A stretch of 29,447 bases of DNA from a virus (taxonomy: Duplodnaviria > Caudoviricetes), in the IMG/VR virus record IMGVR_UViG_3300017910_000564, positions 1 through 29,447 of that record; one strand, written 5' to 3'. Positions within the stretch are counted from its first letter, which is position 1. Every line of letters starts with the position of its first letter. The position numbers and the translations under genes were made by a program. The notes under the pieces were generated by a model that saw only the letters and a program-made list of their open reading frames with translations, did not search any database and was not told the origin of the DNA. Below, in pieces: positions 10,014-17,905 of the stretch.

Positions 10014-11528
10014 TCACATGCGCGCCCATAGTCCCTGCCTGCGCTGTTTCGGCTGGCGCGTAAACACATCGAAGTCTTTCCTAGCTTGGAAAGCTCGTGC
10101 ATTGGCATTGTGGTTTAGAACCTGCCGCCCCTCACCAGCACCAAGCATCAGATACTGCAGCGCATCATGGATGTGGCTAAAGCGGTTCTTCTCTGGCTTG
10201 TCATCATATCGCTCACCAGATACTTGGATGCGCCGATAGCTATACCCGCCTTCAAAGCCTTTGATCAGTTCCTTGCATCTTGGATCAATCAGAAAGCCGG
10301 GGTTGCCATCAACCATTCTGTTGAGTGGGGCGCTTACTGCTTCAAGACGCAAGGCAACATCATTGGATGGTGCAGGTCGTGCAACCAGACCAGCACCGCG
10401 TAAAACTTGGAACGGGGTGGACTCATCTGTCTGTGCGCGGAAGTCGCCAGACGGATCACCGAATATGGTTATCTCTGAGTTAGCATATCGAGTAGCAATC
10501 TCAGCGCGGAGCAGTTCAGCAAAGCGAACAATGCCCATATCGAAAGCCACGATTTCCTGCAATATGAGCCAACGCCCTCTAACCTTTTGTCCAAATACGG
10601 CAGCAGGCGTAAGGCCAAAATCAAGGCCGCAATAAACTGGCAGAGAGTCAGCAACAGGTATCTCTTCCTTGGCAATGTGAGTGTCGCCAACAAACATATT
10701 ATATACCGGCTTGCCGTCTTGGATTGAGCCAAGCCGGTTCATCACATAGACATCGATCCATGTCTTGCTCTTACCTTGCACAAGGTTGGGATAGTAACTC
10801 TTGAGCATGTGCTTGGTGTTCTCAGCCTCCTCATTCGGGCTGTATGTATCGACCTCGCCATCCTCATTGCGCTTTTCTTTCATGCCTGCAGGCTGTGTCC
10901 AGAAACGCCAGTTGTCTGGCTTGACCAGCATCTTGGCTTCTCCTGCAGGGATGTGATCAGGAACCGGAACCTCGCCTGCCATAATAGGCCACCAGTGATC
11001 TTCCTCTGGTGCGTTCGTGTCTGCAATTACACCAGTCCAGCTTGGTCCGCCTTCCCGCATAGACGGGTATCGACCAACACGCATGGTACAAGCATCGATA
11101 ATCGACTTGGGTATCTCGCGGGCCTCGTTGATCCAGATGCCTGTAAGCTCCAATGACAGGAGCTTCTTCACATCTTCGGGCCTGTCGAGAGCCAAGAAGA
11201 TAACCTCAAGCTCAAGATCACCCTGCTTGATGTTGTGTGTATAAGGCACCGACCATGAGAACTTGCCCCACTGATCTTCTGGAAACCAGTCAAGCCATGT
11301 CTTGATTGTGGTGGTTCTCAGCTGCGGGTTGGTATTACGAACAATGGCCCAGCGGCTTTTTCGTTTACCGTCACTGTTTGGCTTTTGCTCAAGCGCCCTG
11401 CGGAAGACTTCAACACAGCAGGCAACAGATTTGCCTGAGCCTACGGGGCCACGGATGCCACGAAAGAACGTGTTGTCCTTCATGAAAGCTTTCAGCACTT
11501 CACCATCAGGCTTGTACTTAAATTTCAT
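10014..11528 (-). CDS. terL: Terminase large subunit
   Basis: Walker A GPVGSGKS, Walker B-like WINEARE, nuclease GLDFGLTP and HIHDALQY. Likely start MKFKYKP at 11528. Confidence 0.95.
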   Translation of the reverse strand: MKFKYKPDGEVLKAFMKDNTFFRGIRGPVGSGKSVACCVEVFRRALEQKPNSDGKRKSRWAIVRNTNPQLRTTTIKTWLDWFPEDQWGKFSWSVPYTHNIKQGDLELEVIFLALDRPEDVKKLLSLELTGIWINEAREIPKSIIDACTMRVGRYPSMREGGPSWTGVIADTNAPEEDHWWPIMAGEVPVPDHIPAGEAKMLVKPDNWRFWTQPAGMKEKRNEDGEVDTYSPNEEAENTKHMLKSYYPNLVQGKSKTWIDVYVMNRLGSIQDGKPVYNMFVGDTHIAKEEIPVADSLPVYCGLDFGLTPAAVFGQKVRGRWLILQEIVAFDMGIVRFAELLRAEIATRYANSEITIFGDPSGDFRAQTDESTPFQVLRGAGLVARPAPSNDVALRLEAVSAPLNRMVDGNPGFLIDPRCKELIKGFEGGYSYRRIQVSGERYDDKPEKNRFSHIHDALQYLMLGAGEGRQVLNHNANARAFQARKDFDVFTRQPKQRRQGLWARM

Positions 11529-11715
11529 CGACCTTGTAGTCCCTGCCAATACGGATGAGGTTTGCAGCTACCTCTGGGCCAATCGTGGCTATGAGCTTGT
11601 CAGCTTCATAGTCTGTGCAGAATTCCTTGGGGTGATATTTGAAATGTACCTTCTTCACCACTTTGCGCAGGATGCGGCGCTCTTCTGGCTTGAGGGCGTG
11701 CAGGAACTGGCTCAT
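11518..11715 (-). CDS. Hypothetical protein upstream of terL
   Basis: 65-aa ORF overlapping both neighbours in the operon. Confidence 0.6.
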   Translation of the reverse strand: MSQFLHALKPEERRILRKVVKKVHFKYHPKEFCTDYEADKLIATIGPEVAANLIRIGRDYKVDEI

Positions 11716-11963
11716 CTGTACCTTTTCGAAATCCTGGCAGCTGCTTTGGGTTGCTTGGAATGTTGCTTGCCAGCAGCTTTGTCCTTCCGCTTCTTGGCAG
11801 AAGAAGCTGCATACTGGGAAGAAGACATGGCCTTGATGGCAGCTGATGGCAGGTAACGCTCACCAGTTGCCTTTGGGCCTTGCGTTGATGGCTTGCCGGA
11901 CTTGGTGCGCCACTTCTGCTTAGTCCAGTTCATCAGGCTGCGCTGTGACTTCGACCTAGCGAT
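11712..11963 (-). CDS. Basic protein, C-terminal half of DUF5872-like family; start uncertain
   Basis: SQRSLMNWTKQKWRTKSGKPSTQGPKATGERYLP... matches the second half of that family. There is no ATG before the conserved part except the internal Met; ATC at 11963 follows GGAGG. Confidence 0.55.
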   Translation of the reverse strand: MARSKSQRSLMNWTKQKWRTKSGKPSTQGPKATGERYLPSAAIKAMSSSQYAASSAKKRKDKAAGKQHSKQPKAAARISKRYR

Positions 11964-12132
11964 AGCCGCCTCCCTTAGCCTTATATTGCTTGGCAAGCAT
12001 CTGGGCTTTACGCGCCGACCATTGACCCGGAGCGCCGCCCTTGCCACCAGCCTTGATGCGGTTGAACAGGTTCTTGCGCATGGTTGGCTTTGTGTAATTA
12101 CCTGCTTCGTTTACGCGACTCTTCTTAGTCAT
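11956..12132 (-). CDS. Basic 58-aa protein, N-terminal half of DUF5872-like family (missing from ORF track)
   Basis: MTKKSRVNEAGNYTKPTMRKNLFNRIKAGGKGGAPGQWSARKAQMLAKQYKAKGGGYR*; ATG coupled to the upstream stop (TAATG). Confidence 0.75.
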   Translation of the reverse strand: MTKKSRVNEAGNYTKPTMRKNLFNRIKAGGKGGAPGQWSARKAQMLAKQYKAKGGGYR

Positions 12133-12812
12133 TAGCCAAACAGGGAGCGTCGTCCCGGCCCTCTTGAATCTGCTCTGGAACGCGCCTGATTAAGCGCAAT
12201 CATGGAGCGGCGGTTGCCATCAGGTGTAACTGGATTGGTTGCAGACTCGACAGGGCGGTCCGGTGTTTCAACCGTGGCACTGTCATCGTTCTGTCTGCGT
12301 ATACGATCTCGCGCATTGTTTGCTTCTGCAATCGTGTTGTAGGTCGTGCCGTCTACGGTTAGATCATCACGCCCTTCAACAAGCTGGCCCCGCTCATTGC
12401 GGGTGCCAGTTACATTGCCACCTGCGCCATAGACAGGATCATTACCTGCACGCAAGGAACGGATCATGCGTTCAGCAAAAAGATTGCCCACAACATTGGC
12501 AGCTGTCAGGGCAAGTGAAGGCGAGCCGCCCGAACTATTACGCTCGTTAATGCGGGCCTCAATCGAACGAATGGCATGGTCACGCTTCTCAGGCATTGTT
12601 GGGTATGCTCTGGAAGAGGTGGCAGTCATCTGGTTTACACCAGTTGCTTTCGGCGCTGCATTGCCCCGGCCACGCTCCTGCCCATACAGGCCCGACATTT
12701 CAATGCGGTCCTGCGGTCCACGCTCAACATAGCCCGGGTTCAGATTCGTCGGCAGCTTGTCCGATGAATCCTTAGTCGCGCCTTCCTTCGGTTCGTTTGA
12801 GGCAACACACAT
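12132..12812 (-). CDS. Hypothetical, likely virion-associated protein (MC-starting)
   Basis: 226-aa ORF coupled by TAATG overlaps on both sides. Confidence 0.6.
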   Translation of the reverse strand: MCVASNEPKEGATKDSSDKLPTNLNPGYVERGPQDRIEMSGLYGQERGRGNAAPKATGVNQMTATSSRAYPTMPEKRDHAIRSIEARINERNSSGGSPSLALTAANVVGNLFAERMIRSLRAGNDPVYGAGGNVTGTRNERGQLVEGRDDLTVDGTTYNTIAEANNARDRIRRQNDDSATVETPDRPVESATNPVTPDGNRRSMIALNQARSRADSRGPGRRSLFG

Positions 12813-12955
12813 TACTTCTTCTTTGCCTTTGCAATCTTCATCTGCAGAGACTTGGGCAATGTCTTCTGCTTTGCAGTCAGACCACCAGCCTTCTTGGCTG
12901 CAGCTTTCTTAGGACGGCCACGCTTAGAGCCGTATGTACCGGGACCCATTGGCAT
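12812..12955 (-). CDS. 47-aa Lys-rich protein with AT-hook-like motif (missing from ORF track)
   Basis: MPMGPGTYGSKRGRPKKAAAKKAGGLTAKQKTLPKSLQMKIAKAKKK*; TAATG overlaps at both ends. Confidence 0.7.
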   Translation of the reverse strand: MPMGPGTYGSKRGRPKKAAAKKAGGLTAKQKTLPKSLQMKIAKAKKK

Positions 12956-13266
12956 TATGCTTTACTCCTCTGTTTCTTCGCTTTGTTACGCTTGGAAATA
13001 GCTGCTGCCTTCTTCTTGGCATCAGCCTTGGATGATGCTCCCCACGCTCTTAGCGAAAGAAGCAACCGGGTTGGCTTGCCCTTGGCGTCACGCTCTGGTC
13101 CGGGCATGCCTCCCATGCGGGCAAGGAAGCTTGCACGCCGGGGGTTGTCACCGCTTTTAACAGGAGCCTTGAGGGTGCCACCTTTGTAAGAAGCACGCCC
13201 CTTGGCGTTCAATCCGCCCTTGGGATTCTTGCCTGCCTTGCGAGTCCATGCGGGTGTCTTAGCCAC
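12955..13266 (-). CDS. Highly basic phage protein (DUF6321-like)
   Basis: 103 aa MAKTPAWTRKAGKNPKGGLNAKGRASY...RRASFLARMGGM, a recurrent phage family. Confidence 0.7.
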   Translation of the reverse strand: MAKTPAWTRKAGKNPKGGLNAKGRASYKGGTLKAPVKSGDNPRRASFLARMGGMPGPERDAKGKPTRLLLSLRAWGASSKADAKKKAAAISKRNKAKKQRSKA

Positions 13267-14446
13267 CTAGAAACTCCCCTGCTCGTTTCAGATACTGTTT
13301 GGTTTCTTCGGGCAGGTCTTCGTAGTTCGAACCTGCATCGCGCCAGTCGGCAGCATTGGTCGGCCCCCAGTTGTAGGCCACCAGCTTTTCAAGCGGCGTG
13401 GTAAATTCATGATGCTCGGAGTAGCCACTCACAAAAGTGTCCGCCAGCTGGCGAGACTTGACCGGGTCCTTGACATCATCAGGTGTCAAATTCTGAGGGA
13501 CGCCATATCCAAAGTCCGGGAGAAACTTCTCAAGGAACTGATACGGACCAAGCGCCCCATCCTTGGAGCGAGCATTGCGAGATGCTTCCAGACTTAAATG
13601 ACCAGTCTCTGCATGCCGGATTGCATTAAGTAGCTCTTCTTGAGACAGCCCTGTATTCAGCAACGGCGCAGGAGCAGCAGAGGCTGGCCTTCCAAAGATT
13701 GCCGCAAGCGCACTATCAAGAAGACCCTTGCGCTCACTATCCATTGGAGTGCTGGGGAATACCGGGTCCTTGATATCAGAGCCGTCTTCAAACCAGCTGA
13801 CACGCGGAGACGGGCGGAAGTCATTCACCTCATCCTCTGGCGGGATGCGGAACCTTACATGCTGCGCGCCGCCCTCTTCGGGAGGAACACTGTCCTCCAT
13901 GAAAAGCTCCCCGTAAGCAAAGGCCATATCATTGAGACTGCCGCTGGATGCAGCACCCATCATGGTGCCGACCGTACCTTTATCCATCCCAAAAATTTCT
14001 AAAGCTGAAGCAAGGTTGGGGCTGTTCTGCTTCAGCTGCGCTTGAAAGGCAGCAGGGTTAGAACTGAAATCATAAGTGTCCGTGACATCAAAGCTCCCGT
14101 CATCGTTGCGCTTGATGGTAAAGCGGCCAAGAGTCCAATTGAGATTGGCAGCATCAGCCTCAGAGATAACCGCATTATCCCCGAACAGACCGCCAGCCAA
14201 CTCATCGATCATGTCGTAATCAACGCCGCCGCTGCGCAACAAATCCTTGCGCTCTTCATCATCTGCCTCGGCTATGCGCTGCTTGGTAATCGCTTCACTG
14301 CCGTAATAGTGATTGGCAACGACACGAAGCAGAGCAAGGAACTCAGGCGACACCGAATCATTGTCGATGACATCGCTGTCCATAAACTCTGGAAGAAGCG
14401 TGTTAAACGCCGCCTTGAGGAAGGTTCTTTGATACTGCTCAAGCAT
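13259..14446 (-). CDS. Protein with C-terminal lytic transglycosylase (SLT) domain
   Basis: AIRHAETG (catalytic Glu), SKDGALGPYQF, VAYNWGP and LPEETKQYL motifs; acidic N-terminal region of unknown function. Confidence 0.75.
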   Translation of the reverse strand: MLEQYQRTFLKAAFNTLLPEFMDSDVIDNDSVSPEFLALLRVVANHYYGSEAITKQRIAEADDEERKDLLRSGGVDYDMIDELAGGLFGDNAVISEADAANLNWTLGRFTIKRNDDGSFDVTDTYDFSSNPAAFQAQLKQNSPNLASALEIFGMDKGTVGTMMGAASSGSLNDMAFAYGELFMEDSVPPEEGGAQHVRFRIPPEDEVNDFRPSPRVSWFEDGSDIKDPVFPSTPMDSERKGLLDSALAAIFGRPASAAPAPLLNTGLSQEELLNAIRHAETGHLSLEASRNARSKDGALGPYQFLEKFLPDFGYGVPQNLTPDDVKDPVKSRQLADTFVSGYSEHHEFTTPLEKLVAYNWGPTNAADWRDAGSNYEDLPEETKQYLKRAGEFLGG

Positions 14447-14589
14447 GCAGCCAATATCACGGCTGGGAAGCGATCAGCACAACGCACATTGGCAGTGCGT
14501 ACCTTTTTGAAGAGAAATGTTTGTATGGGTCCAGTTGCGTGTTGCACCCGCCGGTTTTTCCCCCACCCCCCGCGTCAAGGAACTTGGCC

Positions 14590-14964
14590 CTAGCTTAGAT
14601 CGATCGACACCTGTATCTCACCTGCATGCAAGTGCATGTGCTTGTCCGGAGACTTGAAGCCAGCCCTGTCCAGTATGTCCTTGCTTGCTTCCAGCTGAAC
14701 GTACTCAGACTTAGCGCCCTGTGCTAACTGCATCACCTTCGCCGCCGCACTCGTAGCGTTCAAGCCTATCGTCTCACTCACTCTCTGCATCATGTATTGC
14801 TGAACGTGTTGCAGCTTCAAAGCCTTGCTGGCACTCACTCTCCCGGCTTCGCCCTTGGCGTACCCGGCAGCGTGCGCCGCGTCTTTGATACTGCATCCCG
14901 TAGCTACAAGCGTATCAACCAGTGCTGTTTGCTTATCTGTCAGCTTGCGTGTTGTGACGTTCAT
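14590..14964 (-). CDS. terS: Terminase small subunit
   Basis: LTDKQTALVD...AAHAAGY HTH start and SEYVQLEASKDILDRAG C-terminal motif; upstream of terL. Confidence 0.8.
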   Translation of the reverse strand: MNVTTRKLTDKQTALVDTLVATGCSIKDAAHAAGYAKGEAGRVSASKALKLQHVQQYMMQRVSETIGLNATSAAAKVMQLAQGAKSEYVQLEASKDILDRAGFKSPDKHMHLHAGEIQVSIDLS

Positions 14965-15049
14965 CTTGTGCGCCTCGTCGCCTTGCTCCTCGGGTCCATA
15001 ACCCCCCCTGTCATCCCCCCCTTTACTACTTGCTGCAGAATCACGGTGT

Positions 15050-15600
15050 CAACGCACATCGGCCTTACGGCGGCTGCCTGCGCAGCGTTTTGTCGGCCTT
15101 ACGGCTGCTGCTTCGCAGCGGCGGGATGCGCAGGTGGGCCGGTTGCCTCCCGGCCCGCTGCTTACCCGCGATAGGTGCGCTCTCACCGCGCCACAATTCC
15201 CTGTGGCGCTGTCCCGCTCAGGCCGCTCGGGCCACACAACAATCCTCCACACGGCGCATGTGTCATGGCTCGTCCGCGTGGCGGGTCGAGCAATGCCGGA
15301 CAACGGCGTCGAGCCGTTGCCCGACATGGACACACGCGCCTGACCACAAACGCACAGAATCCCCCCGCCCCTTGGCTCTGCGCCAAGGGGTCAAGGCGCA
15401 ACAGGGCAGGCCAGCTGCCCCGTTACACCTTGATCCGCGCTGGTAACGCGGCTGTCCCTGTCTGTCGTGCAGTCCAGCGCGGACGGCCACGCGCCACGGT
15501 GCGGCGCGTCTGTGGTCAAGCCCAAACCCACTTGGCGGGTTTGAGCTTGAGGGGTCTGTGCGCTTGCGGTCCTACCGGAGATTGTAGCTAGAAGCTACGC
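15050..15600 (-). ncRNA. Candidate large structured RNA or ssDNA element
   Basis: More than 10 nested inverted repeats in a GC-rich gap with no credible gene. A.C mismatches on the plus strand read as G.U on the minus strand. Confidence 0.45.
15059..15120. repeat. Two-copy tandem repeat, each copy holding two mini-hairpins
   Basis: TCGGCCTTACGGCGGCTGCCTGCGCAGCG (15059-15087) and TCGGCCTTACGGCTGCTGCTTCGCAGCG (15093-15120). Confidence 0.75.
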
Positions 15601-15631
15601 AGCAACAAGTCATAGACACAAGGAGTAGATC

Positions 15632-16168
15632 ATGACTGACACACTTAACTTCACCGACACCATCGTTGACAACTGGGACATCGAGTCTCTCGACGACGAC
15701 AAATACCGTCACGACCAGCACGGCAACGAGAACCATCGCTTCAACATGGGCGACAAGTATGGCCTTGGCGGTGTCCTCGACCAGCTTGCCTACACCCTCG
15801 ACAAGAAGAAGAAGTACCTCGACACCGTTGAGGCGCGTCAACAGCAGGAGCATGACACGAACGGCACCGAATCAGCCTTGGCACACCGCCTTAGCAGCGA
15901 TGTCAGGAAGGCAGAAGCCGCGTTCAATAACTACCAAATGCTCTTCGTCGGCTTCGTCGATCTCTATGAAGCCATCACCCAAGACATCTGGTGCGACGGT
16001 GAGTTCCACGAGGACTACGGCCGGGCATGGTTCGTTGAAGAGAAGGAGCGCATGGCGACCCCAAAGAACGAGTACCAAGCTCCCACCAAGAAGGAGATGC
16101 AACGCCGTCGCGAGATGATGCAACAGCGTCTTCGCGATCGGCAGACGCGCACTGCAGTCGCAGGCTAA
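15632..16168 (+). CDS. Hypothetical early protein (first gene of the rightward arm)
   Basis: 178 aa with AAGGAG RBS and strongly C-ending codons. Confidence 0.8.
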   Translation: MTDTLNFTDTIVDNWDIESLDDDKYRHDQHGNENHRFNMGDKYGLGGVLDQLAYTLDKKKKYLDTVEARQQQEHDTNGTESALAHRLSSDVRKAEAAFNNYQMLFVGFVDLYEAITQDIWCDGEFHEDYGRAWFVEEKERMATPKNEYQAPTKKEMQRRREMMQQRLRDRQTRTAVAG

Positions 16169-16177
16169 CAACCAACA

Positions 16178-16199
16178 GCGGGGGGCTTCGGCCTCCCGC
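16178..16199 (+). other. C(UUCG)G hairpin between early genes
   Basis: GCGGGGGGC TTCG GCCTCCCGC, with no U-tract. Confidence 0.6.
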
Positions 16200-16207
16200 A
16201 CTTACAT

Positions 16208-16543
16208 ATGGAGTATGCAATGACAAACATCACAGAAGAATCATACAACCCCTTCAACATTCACCACCGTATCGGATACCCGAAGTTCAACAGCACAGGC
16301 ATCACCTTCCCTTGGCACCACAAAGCCAACGCAGCAAAAACCCTCTGGCGCATGGCAAAAGTTCTAGACGTGCCTTTCGACTATCATTCCATACACCGTG
16401 CCGTCAGCCTCACCCTCGACAGCAGCCGGTACTCATTCCGACTCGGCGGTTTCTGCTTCGACATTCCCATCGGCTTACAGCGTGCTGCAATCCGCTGCGA
16501 CATCGGCGACCTAGCTGGCGTCGAGATCGAACGCGACCTATAA
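16208..16543 (+). CDS. Hypothetical early protein (start may be 16220)
   Basis: 111-aa ORF; GGAG precedes the ATG at 16220. Confidence 0.7.
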   Translation: MEYAMTNITEESYNPFNIHHRIGYPKFNSTGITFPWHHKANAAKTLWRMAKVLDVPFDYHSIHRAVSLTLDSSRYSFRLGGFCFDIPIGLQRAAIRCDIGDLAGVEIERDL

Positions 16544-16549
16544 CATCAC

Positions 16550-16567
16550 GGGGTGCTTCGGCACCCC
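16550..16567 (+). other. C(UUCG)G hairpin
   Basis: Perfect stem GGGGTGC TTCG GCACCCC, with no U-tract. Confidence 0.6.
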
Positions 16568-16697
16568 AACTCCCCCACACCCAACGACACTAGGCAGGCC
16601 AGCCCCGCTGCGCGCCGCTGGTCCCCACCCCGCCTTCGGCGACCCCGTGGGTTCCCCGCTTTCTCGCTCAGGATTTCCCTGTCAAACTCATTTCATT

Positions 16698-16734
16698 TTG
16701 CATTTATGCAGTTTGCGATTATGCTTTTATGCAG
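16698..16734 (+). promoter_or_regulatory. Promoter with two operator-like sites
   Basis: TTGCATTTATGCAG (16698-16711) and ATGCTTTTATGCAG (16721-16734) overlap TTGCAT-N16-TATGCT. Confidence 0.65.
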
Positions 16735-16742
16735 GAGTTACC

Positions 16743-17243
16743 ATGAACCATAACGAACATAGAAAACAGAATGAACTGCTTGCTCAGATTGTCATCGCTG
16801 TCTGCGAGACAACCAAGTCACCAACCTCACTTGTATTAGGTATACGCCGACACCGCACTGCCATGTGGTCTCGCTGGCTCGTGTACCTGATTGCGCATGA
16901 CTACTGCAACCTGTCTTACACAGGCATTGGTCATGCGTTAGGCCGTGATCACACAACAGTGATGCACGGAGTGCAACGAGCGTCAGAGGAATTCGAACGC
17001 AATTCTGAATTTCGTGACGCCTACATCCAAGCAACCATGGAGGTCAGACAATGGATGGAACAACAACACTCTCGGACTTCGACTTCCCCGTCGAACTGGT
17101 TAGCCTCTCAACTTCTGAGATCGACGGATGTTCGTATCCGGTACCCACAAACATGGCGCGTGCCGTTATACGGACAGATACAAATGACATACTCGGTGTC
17201 CATGGCTCCCGATACAGCATCACCTCACACTCAGATGTCGTGA
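16743..17243 (+). CDS. DnaA C-terminal (domain IV)-like HTH protein
   Basis: R..VYL...LSYTGIGHALGRDHTTVMHG signature of DnaA domain IV; AGGAG RBS before ATG 16743. Confidence 0.8.
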   Translation: MNHNEHRKQNELLAQIVIAVCETTKSPTSLVLGIRRHRTAMWSRWLVYLIAHDYCNLSYTGIGHALGRDHTTVMHGVQRASEEFERNSEFRDAYIQATMEVRQWMEQQHSRTSTSPSNWLASQLLRSTDVRIRYPQTWRVPLYGQIQMTYSVSMAPDTASPHTQMS

Positions 17244-17905
17244 ACGCCACCGTTGATGCGGTGAAGCAATCACACATCAGCCATGACTGGGACATGACAA
17301 CAGATGTGTATGAGAATGGTGCGCTCATGAAAGGCACCATTCAGTTCAACGATCTGGTGATTGAGCCAGAGGTTGGTGACTTCGTACGCTTCGATGCCAA
17401 CTTCTGGAATTCATACAACGGCCAGTGGTCTATCCAGATTGTGGCAGAAGGTCGGCGTCTGTGGTGCTTGAACGGATGCAGCACACCACACTCTGTATCC
17501 AAGACATTCAAGCGGCACACTGGCTCAGTCAACATGGATCAGGAAGCAGGCAAGCTTGGTGCTGCACTGTCAGTCTTCTTTGATCAGAAGGCTGTATGGC
17601 AGCAGTACATGAAGCAGCCCATCGGCAACATGCAAGCTGAAAAGTTCCTGCGTGAGCAGCTATGCCGTTACCCAGCCAAGTCCAGCCACGCCAAGCAGTT
17701 CAACGACAAGCAATCAGATGTCTTGTACTCACAGTGGCTGACTGAATCGACACTACTGGGACGCAATGCATGGGCGCTTTACAACACCATGACCCATTGG
17801 TCCTCACACCCAGACACAGCCAAGCCATACAACGCAGAGCGTGACCGTTCCAACAAGGTCGCAACCGCTCTGCGCAGTGAAGCTTGGAAACAACTGACAG
17901 CTTAG
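17051..17905 (+). CDS. DUF932/DUF945-family phage protein
   Basis: VIRTDTNDILGVHGSRY, NSYNG...RLWCLNG and NAWALYNTMTHWSSH motifs; GGAGG RBS. Confidence 0.8.
   Translation: MDGTTTLSDFDFPVELVSLSTSEIDGCSYPVPTNMARAVIRTDTNDILGVHGSRYSITSHSDVVNATVDAVKQSHISHDWDMTTDVYENGALMKGTIQFNDLVIEPEVGDFVRFDANFWNSYNGQWSIQIVAEGRRLWCLNGCSTPHSVSKTFKRHTGSVNMDQEAGKLGAALSVFFDQKAVWQQYMKQPIGNMQAEKFLREQLCRYPAKSSHAKQFNDKQSDVLYSQWLTESTLLGRNAWALYNTMTHWSSHPDTAKPYNAERDRSNKVATALRSEAWKQLTA

Noticed and set aside
12804-12813. CAACACACAT as another late-promoter motif
   Set aside because: It has one mismatch and is simply the start of the 226-aa gene (ATG TGT GTT GCC).
203-14593. Many plus-strand ORFs antisense to structural genes (e.g. 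5970-6815)
   Set aside because: Shadow frames of well-supported minus-strand genes, without motifs or RBS.
14622-14640. TGCA repeats inside terS as an operator
   Set aside because: The spacing is not N4, and the His-rich coding sequence HMHLHA explains them.
15059-15120. CRISPR or mini-array
   Set aside because: Only two repeat copies separated by 5 nt, with no spacers and no cas genes.
15030-15591. Several 69-138 aa ORFs on both strands
   Set aside because: No RBS, Arg/Ala/Pro/Cys-rich translations typical of GC-rich palindromic DNA, and they overlap one another.
16178-16567. Intrinsic terminators
   Set aside because: The stems are strong but no poly-U follows on plus, so they are not called terminators.
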